From: a virus
Length of the DNA: 6,844 nt
IMG/VR virus record: IMGVR_UViG_3300045988_000692
Direction: 5' to 3' (one strand)
The position numbers and the translations under genes were made by a program. Position 1 is the first letter of the stretch. Each line of letters starts with the position of its first letter. Below, in pieces: positions 1 through 4,151 of the stretch. Under the pieces are notes generated by a model that did not search any database, had not been told where the DNA came from, and saw only the letters and a program-made list of their open reading frames with translations.

Positions 1-55
1 ATCGTCTCATACTCCTAATGATACTTTAGTGAAAGCTGATGAAGCTCCTACACCT
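1..55. repeat. Terminal direct repeat, copy 1 (exact duplicate of 6790..6844). It is the overlap from linearising or assembling a circular genome.
   Basis: Read directly: atcgtctcatactcctaatgatactttagtgaaagctgatgaagctcctacacct occurs at both ends. The capsid reading frame is continuous through it (2 and 6791 are in the same codon phase). Confidence 0.95.
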
Positions 56-976
56 GTCGATGGTAGTTACGCAACTTGGATACGTTCCTCTTCAACTGGT
101 GATGTTCTTCTCGGTTTTAAAGGTAAACTTACTACTGCGGGTTCTTCTTTGAAAATCTCTGCTTTGCGTTCAGCTACTGCGTTGCAAAAATATAAGGAGA
201 TTCAGAATAGTAACGACCCTGATTTTGCTAATCAAGTCTTGGCACATTTTGGTATTAAGCCTAAAGTCGATGCCCGTACATCTATTTTTATTGGTGGTGA
301 CGATAAAACTTTGAGTATTAATCCTCAAGTTAATACCAACTTCCTCGATGGTGGTCAACCAGATATTAAGGCTATTGGTGTTGGCGATTTGTCTGCCGGT
401 TGCAAGTTTACTGCGTCTACTTATGGTATGATTATTGGTATTTATCGTGCTGTTCCTCAGCTTGATTATGCCCATGTTGGTATTGACCGTAATTTGTTTA
501 AGACCGATGCTACTGATTTCCCTATTCCGGAATTAGATAGTATTGGCATGCAAACTCAGTACAGATGTGAATTAAGCGCTCCGTTAATTGGTACTTGTCC
601 TAAGGTTGTTCCATTACCGTCTTCTAAGCCTTATTCCCTCGATATGTCTGTTACATATGGTTATGCACCACGTTATGCTGAATTAAAGAGTGCTCGCGAT
701 TATTTTGAGGGTGGTTTTTGTGGTTCATATTCTAGTTGGGTTACTGGTTATGACCAATCTTTCCTTTCACGTTGGCGTCGCAATTTAGGTAGTGTATCTC
801 TTGCTAATTATGGTAGTATTGATGATTTGTTCAAATGCCGCCCGTCTTTACTCTATCCTATCTTTGTAAATCAGTGGTCGGGTACTGTAAATGATGATAA
901 GTTGCTTATTGGTAGTGTTAATACTTGTGTTGCAGTCCGTCCATTTAGTATGTATGGTTTGCCTTACTCAAAATAA
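2..976 (+). CDS. VP1: Major capsid protein VP1 (F-like), C-terminal part. It continues from 5711..6844; the non-redundant continuation starts at 56. Stop codon TAA at 974..976.
   Basis: Open from the first base of the window, in the same codon phase as 5711..6844 via the 55-nt overlap. The GTG at 29 in the ORF track is internal, not a start. Strong T-ending codon bias as in the rest of the genome. Joined length is 378 + 307 codons, about 684 aa. Confidence 0.92.
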   Translation, partial: SSHTPNDTLVKADEAPTPVDGSYATWIRSSSTGDVLLGFKGKLTTAGSSLKISALRSATALQKYKEIQNSNDPDFANQVLAHFGIKPKVDARTSIFIGGDDKTLSINPQVNTNFLDGGQPDIKAIGVGDLSAGCKFTASTYGMIIGIYRAVPQLDYAHVGIDRNLFKTDATDFPIPELDSIGMQTQYRCELSAPLIGTCPKVVPLPSSKPYSLDMSVTYGYAPRYAELKSARDYFEGGFCGSYSSWVTGYDQSFLSRWRRNLGSVSLANYGSIDDLFKCRPSLLYPIFVNQWSGTVNDDKLLIGSVNTCVAVRPFSMYGLPYSK

Positions 977-993
977 TTTAAAATTGTTTGATT

Positions 994-1443
994 ATGAAAG
1001 CTAAAAATAAGGTAGTTTATGTACCTCCAGTTTATGAGGAAGTACAACATGAAGTTACTTCTATTGATGATAAGAACAATCCTTTGTGTACATCTTTTCA
1101 TACAGATGTTTCTTTGTTGCAGCGCATCGATAATATGCGTGCAGATGCTCAGACGTTGCGAGAGATTAAGGAATCTTTGCAGCCTATGATTGATTCTTCA
1201 AATTTCCGTTCTCAGTTTGAGGAAACTTTCGGCTCTTTGACTGATGATGAATTAATCAACTCTTGCCCTTCTCGTTATGTTCAGACGGCTAGCGAAAAAA
1301 TGTCTTATCTTAAAGAACTTGCTGTTAAGGATAAAGAAGTTCGTGATAAGGCTGCTGCTGCTCTTAAGGAGAAAGAGGAAAAAGAAAAGGCTGAAAAAGA
1401 AAATGCTGATTTTCAGTCTCGTTTAATGGATATTTTTAAGTAG
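994..1443 (+). CDS. Hypothetical 149-aa acidic protein with a Lys/Glu-rich, probably helical C-terminus. Possible internal scaffolding (VP3-like) protein, judged by position and size only.
   Basis: ATG at 994 (the track start at 988 is TTG, 2 codons upstream). It begins 18 nt after the VP1 stop and ends 8 nt before the VP2 ATG. T3 codon bias. C-terminal KEKEEKEKAEKE tract. I recognise no motif. Confidence 0.75.
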   Translation: MKAKNKVVYVPPVYEEVQHEVTSIDDKNNPLCTSFHTDVSLLQRIDNMRADAQTLREIKESLQPMIDSSNFRSQFEETFGSLTDDELINSCPSRYVQTASEKMSYLKELAVKDKEVRDKAAAALKEKEEKEKAEKENADFQSRLMDIFK

Positions 1444-1451
1444 TTTTGCCT

Positions 1452-2909
1452 ATGTTGTCTAATATAATTTTAAGGAGTACTGCCGCTTTTGGCGGTGCTC
1501 CTTTTCGCTTAAAGAAATGTACCGCTTTAACTTCTGCTGCTGGTGGTGCTGCTGCTGGTTCTGCTGCTGGTGGTGTTCCTGGAGCCTTAGTTGGTGGTGC
1601 TCTTGGTGTTGCTAGTTCATTGCTTGGTGGTCTTTTTGGTAAATCTAATACTGATAAGACTAATAAAATGAATTATGAAATCATGAAAGAACAGAACCGC
1701 TTTAATGCGGAGGAAGCGAAAAAGAATCGTGATTGGCAAGAACTGATGTATCGTATGTTTGGTACGTCTTCCGCTAAGGCTAACGATATGCGTGCAGCAG
1801 GTCTCAACGCTTTGCTTGGTGATGTATCTGCTAGTGGAAATGTTGGTAGTGGTGCTGCTGCTACTGCTGCTGAATCTGCCCAAATGATGCCTACCGATTA
1901 TTCTTTTATTGGTGATGCTGCTAATCGTGGTTTGGCTGCTTACAATACTACACGTTCCGTTGATGCGTCTGTTTCTTTGCAGAAATCACAAGAGAATGTC
2001 AATAAGTCTGTAGAGGGTGTTAATATGGCTCAGAAAGGTCTTATGGAATCTCAAAATGATATGCAAAAAATGACCTATAAGTTTGCTATGGATACGTATC
2101 AGAATAGGTTGTTACAAGAACAGTTTAAAGCACAGTTGGCAAACTGGCAAAGTTTTGATGCTATGTATGATTCACGTCTTAAGGCTTTTAGCCTTTACAA
2201 TGTTATGCCCCAAGAAGTTGAAAAGAATGTTGCTCAGACAATGTCTTTTTATGCTTCTGCCTTTCGTGATATTGCTGCGGGTAAATATACCCTCAAGCAA
2301 ACCGAAAATTATGGTAAATGGTTATCTATTCAGCAGACGTTTGCCCATGCTGCTACTGTCCAAGGTCAAGCTGCTTTAATGCAAGGACGTGCCGCTATTA
2401 CAAATGCTAATGCCAATGCACGTTATCTTAAACAGCTAGGTGGTTATTATGGTGCTTTGACTTCGGGTCAAAATATGTCAAATGATATGCAACGCTATTA
2501 TACTGATTTTATGCTTGGTAAAATGCCTCTTGGTAAGGCTGAAAGTATTCTACGCCAAACACCTTATAAGCATTTGCTTGACTTGAACATTCAGCAAAAT
2601 GAGTGGTCTTTGAATAGACTGATGCAAGAGCCCGATTTGATACGTTCTCTCAGTGGTATGTATAAGTCTGAAACGTCTCTTACTAATATGCGTGTTGATA
2701 GCTATGATACCGATAAATTCTTTGAGCGTGGTGAAAGTGTTACACGTATGTTTAAAAATGTTTCAGATGGTGTTAGTAACTTCCTTCCTAAGCCTAGATT
2801 TAACAAACGTTTTTCTATTGGTGGAGAACCTACACCACCTCCTAGTGGTAAATCTTGGCTTGATGCGTATCGTGAAAACCCTAATTATAGCCCTACAGGC
2901 TATAGATAA
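1452..2909 (+). CDS. VP2: VP2-like minor capsid / DNA pilot protein (analogue of phiX174 H), 485 aa
   Basis: ATG at 1452 (track start 1446 is TTG). N-terminal Gly/Ala-rich hydrophobic segment (TSAAGGAAAGSAAGGVPGALVGGALGVASSLLGGLFG). This is followed by a long Gln/Asn/Ala/Met-rich, likely helical region. It sits just downstream of the capsid gene, which is typical for microvirus pilot proteins. Confidence 0.8.
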   Translation: MLSNIILRSTAAFGGAPFRLKKCTALTSAAGGAAAGSAAGGVPGALVGGALGVASSLLGGLFGKSNTDKTNKMNYEIMKEQNRFNAEEAKKNRDWQELMYRMFGTSSAKANDMRAAGLNALLGDVSASGNVGSGAAATAAESAQMMPTDYSFIGDAANRGLAAYNTTRSVDASVSLQKSQENVNKSVEGVNMAQKGLMESQNDMQKMTYKFAMDTYQNRLLQEQFKAQLANWQSFDAMYDSRLKAFSLYNVMPQEVEKNVAQTMSFYASAFRDIAAGKYTLKQTENYGKWLSIQQTFAHAATVQGQAALMQGRAAITNANANARYLKQLGGYYGALTSGQNMSNDMQRYYTDFMLGKMPLGKAESILRQTPYKHLLDLNIQQNEWSLNRLMQEPDLIRSLSGMYKSETSLTNMRVDSYDTDKFFERGESVTRMFKNVSDGVSNFLPKPRFNKRFSIGGEPTPPPSGKSWLDAYRENPNYSPTGYR

Positions 2910-2915
2910 CAAATT

Positions 2916-2948
2916 GGGCGCAAAGGTTAATCCCCTTGCGCCCTTTTT
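2916..2948 (+). terminator. Rho-independent terminator closing the structural operon
   Basis: gggcgcaa (2916..2923) pairs perfectly with ttgcgccc (2936..2943), plus 2 further G-C pairs. A ttttt run follows at 2944..2948. It starts 7 nt after the VP2 stop. Confidence 0.75.
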
Positions 2949-3244
2949 AATTACTTTTCTACTTTGATTAATATTTCTGTTATCTTTCTGTCTCCTTGAG
3001 CAGTCTTATCGCTTTTGTAACAATATAGGCTACCTACTCTTACTTCTACTGTGTATCCTGGCGCTTTTTATTCGTTTTGAACTTTATTTCTCTGACACTA
3101 CCAAATATTTTAGTTAAATATCTGTTAATTGTACGTTAATTAATGCAAACACGTTTTTAGATAATTCTCATTCAACTTAAAATACCTTCCGTAAAAATCT
3201 ATATTTTTTTATGAAATAATAAAAATTTATATTATTCTATTAAT

Positions 3245-3311
3245 GTATCTGTTTTGTTTTTGTGTGCGTGCGCATTTTATACGTACGTACACAATTTAAC
3301 TAAACAGATAC
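3245..3311 (+). repeat. Compound imperfect palindrome (hairpin or cruciform) in the non-coding region. Candidate replication or regulatory structure.
   Basis: Outer 10-bp perfect stem: gtatctgttt (3245..3254) with aaacagatac (3302..3311). Inner 12-13-bp stem: tgtgtgcgtgcg (3261..3272) with cgtacgtacaca (3282..3293), containing two G:T positions. Loop: cattttata. Both inner arms are alternating purine/pyrimidine runs. Confidence 0.6.
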
Positions 3312-3316
3312 TATAT

Positions 3317-3349
3317 ATTGGTTTGTCTGTTAGAAAAACCTTAGCTTTG
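3317..3349 (+). promoter_or_regulatory. Candidate Bacteroidetes-type promoter P1 (-7 box TAgcTTTG at 3342..3349; weak -33 element, aTTG at 3317..3320 or TTTG at 3322..3325)
   Basis: Exact match to the Bacteroides -7 consensus TAnnTTTG, located in the ORF-free region. The -33 element is partial or mis-spaced. The motif is short and the genome is T-rich, so chance matches are expected. Confidence 0.3.
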
Positions 3350-3432
3350 CGCGGAAAAGTTTATAACTCATTAGTAATTACCTTTTTATGAAAATTTTCT
3401 CCTGAAAATTCCTACTCTCTTGTTATAGGTAG

Positions 3433-3474
3433 GCAAAAGTGGGAATACATATTCCCTAATTACTGCACTTTTGT
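3433..3474 (+). promoter_or_regulatory. Nested stem-loop in the leader region upstream of the first small ORF
   Basis: caaaagtg (3434..3441) pairs with cacttttg (3466..3473), 8 bp perfect. This encloses an inner hairpin, gggaat (3441..3446) with attccc (3451..3456), and a 10-nt asymmetric bulge. Confidence 0.5.
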
Positions 3475-3509
3475 TCCTTGTAACTATTATCCTAAAAAAC
3501 GTTAACAAA

Positions 3510-3542
3510 TTTGGTAGTTTCAAAAAAACTTTCTTATCTTTG
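3510..3542 (+). promoter_or_regulatory. Candidate Bacteroidetes-type promoter P2 (-33 TTTG at 3510..3513; -7 TAtcTTTG at 3535..3542; 21-nt spacer)
   Basis: Both consensus elements are present with canonical spacing. The predicted transcription start falls at or next to the ATG at 3547, giving a leaderless or near-leaderless mRNA. Confidence 0.4.
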
Positions 3543-3546
3543 CACC

Positions 3547-3762
3547 ATGAAAAAGGATATTATACAAATTATCATCAAAGTAGCGCTGTATGCGCTCGGA
3601 TTGATAGCTGCTTATTTTGGTGTTTCTTCAATGACATCATGCAGTACGTCACACAATGTAGTTGCTAGTGGTCGCACTACTATTGTATCAGTTGATACCA
3701 CAATTGTTAAACATAGCGGTTTTGTCCGCTCTAAAAATTTTAAGCCCTATGGTGAAAATTAA
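3547..3762 (+). CDS. Small predicted lipoprotein, 71-aa precursor and about 40-aa mature. Function unknown.
   Basis: From the ATG at 3547 the protein reads MKKDIIQIIIKVALYALGLIAAYFGVSSMTSC|STSHN. That is a basic N-region, a hydrophobic core of about 20 aa, then small residues before Cys32 (a lipobox-like ..TSC, as in many Bacteroidetes lipoproteins). The track start at 3511 is TTG and lies inside the putative promoter. Confidence 0.6.
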   Translation: MKKDIIQIIIKVALYALGLIAAYFGVSSMTSCSTSHNVVASGRTTIVSVDTTIVKHSGFVRSKNFKPYGEN

Positions 3763-3928
3763 TTCTCGCTGTTTCATTGTCGAAGTTAACAATGTTCAGT
3801 ATGTTGTAAAGTATGGCAAAATTGATGAGTTTCTTTGCTTGTTTTTGCCTAGTGTTGTTATCATTTCTTCAATGATTACTTCTCCTGTTTTCTGGGAGCA
3901 TGAGTATCAATGGTATAAACGTATCTAA
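3749..3928 (+). CDS. Hypothetical 59-aa protein with one predicted transmembrane segment
   Basis: ATG at 3749, overlapping the end of the lipoprotein ORF by 14 nt. It is the only open frame across 3763..3928. Strong T-ending codon bias matches the genome. Hydrophobic stretch FLCLFLPSVVIISSMITSPVFW, followed by a charged/aromatic tail EHEYQWYKRI. The start is uncertain (ATG at 3662 would be a longer alternative). Confidence 0.45.
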   Translation: MVKINSRCFIVEVNNVQYVVKYGKIDEFLCLFLPSVVIISSMITSPVFWEHEYQWYKRI

Positions 3929-3939
3929 TTTTTTTGCTT

Positions 3940-4149
3940 ATGACTGCTAAAGATTATTTAACTGCCTTCAAGGTTATTCGAGAGATTCAGCGTAAACAAG
4001 CGTACTGTAGTGGTACTTCTCAACCTTTCTTGGCGGACACTTTGAAAACTATTGAACTTTATTGTCCTTTAGATTTTTCAAAAAGTGGTGGTCGTGTTAC
4101 AAAAGAAACTATTCTTAGTTGTTATAGTGGTAATTTATTTAGTACATAA
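3940..4149 (+). CDS. Hypothetical 69-aa protein immediately upstream of rep
   Basis: ATG at 3940 (track start 3934 is TTG). The stop is 2 nt before the rep ATG. T3 codon bias is consistent with the genome. I recognise no motif. Confidence 0.65.
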   Translation: MTAKDYLTAFKVIREIQRKQAYCSGTSQPFLADTLKTIELYCPLDFSKSGGRVTKETILSCYSGNLFST

Positions 4150-4151
4150 TT

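Noticed and set aside
1-55. The 55-nt identical termini could be a biological direct terminal repeat or LTR.
   Set aside because: The capsid ORF reads straight through the junction. Microviridae have circular ssDNA genomes. An exact short overlap is what circular contigs give when linearised, so it is treated as an artefact of representation.
170-475. Minus-strand ORFs (170..475, 1617..1883, 5019..5246) of 75-101 aa
   Set aside because: They lie wholly antisense to well-supported genes (VP1, VP2, rep). Their products are low-complexity (for example a poly-Ser/Thr run antisense to the GCT-rich VP2 tract). Microviruses transcribe one strand only.
2916-2943. The terminator hairpin looks tRNA-like (7-nt acceptor-like arms GGGCGCA/TGCGCCC and a TTAATCC loop reminiscent of a T-loop). 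It could be a tRNA 3'-end-derived attachment site.
   Set aside because: There is no 5-bp T-stem, the invariant C56-equivalent is missing, and there is no D or anticodon arm. A hairpin followed by a T5 run directly after a stop codon is fully explained as an intrinsic terminator.
2083-2967. Plus-strand off-frame ORFs inside VP2 and VP1 (2083..2379, 2653..2967, 5805..5996, 6627..6818)
   Set aside because: They are Leu/Ile/Phe-rich products typical of off-frame reading of T-rich coding DNA. Their lengths (63-104 codons) are within what this composition yields by chance. There are no start-context or boundary features. Only the much longer 4663..5250 ORF was kept as a finding.
3268-3293. GTGCGCAT matches 8 nt of the XerC arm of E. 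coli dif (GGTGCGCATAA), raising the idea of a dif-like attP for Xer-mediated integration.
   Set aside because: The following sequence does not resemble the dif central region or the normally better-conserved XerD arm (TTATGTTAAAT). I also cannot recall a Bacteroidetes dif consensus well enough to compare. Comparison with host dif sites and provirus junctions would settle it.
3243-3299. An 18-codon mini-ORF (MYLFCFCVRAHFIRTYTI) spanning the compound hairpin
   Set aside because: It is too short to support. Its sequence is dictated by the palindrome itself, and there is no evidence of translation signals.
2976-3332. The heptamer TCTGTTA recurs in the non-coding region (2976, 3121, 3326, plus TCTGTTT at 3248) and could be Rep-binding iterons.
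   Set aside because: The same heptamer also occurs in coding sequence (for example at 647 and 4587), because TCT and GTT are favoured codons in this T-rich genome. The spacing is irregular. Enrichment cannot be claimed without a proper count.
3471-3668. A 65-aa ORF overlapping the lipoprotein gene in another frame, and the upstream TTG-extended version (3511) of the lipoprotein ORF
   Set aside because: Both start at TTG inside the promoter-like or structured region. The ATG at 3547 gives a canonical signal peptide N-terminus (MKK...). The 65-aa product has no coherent features.
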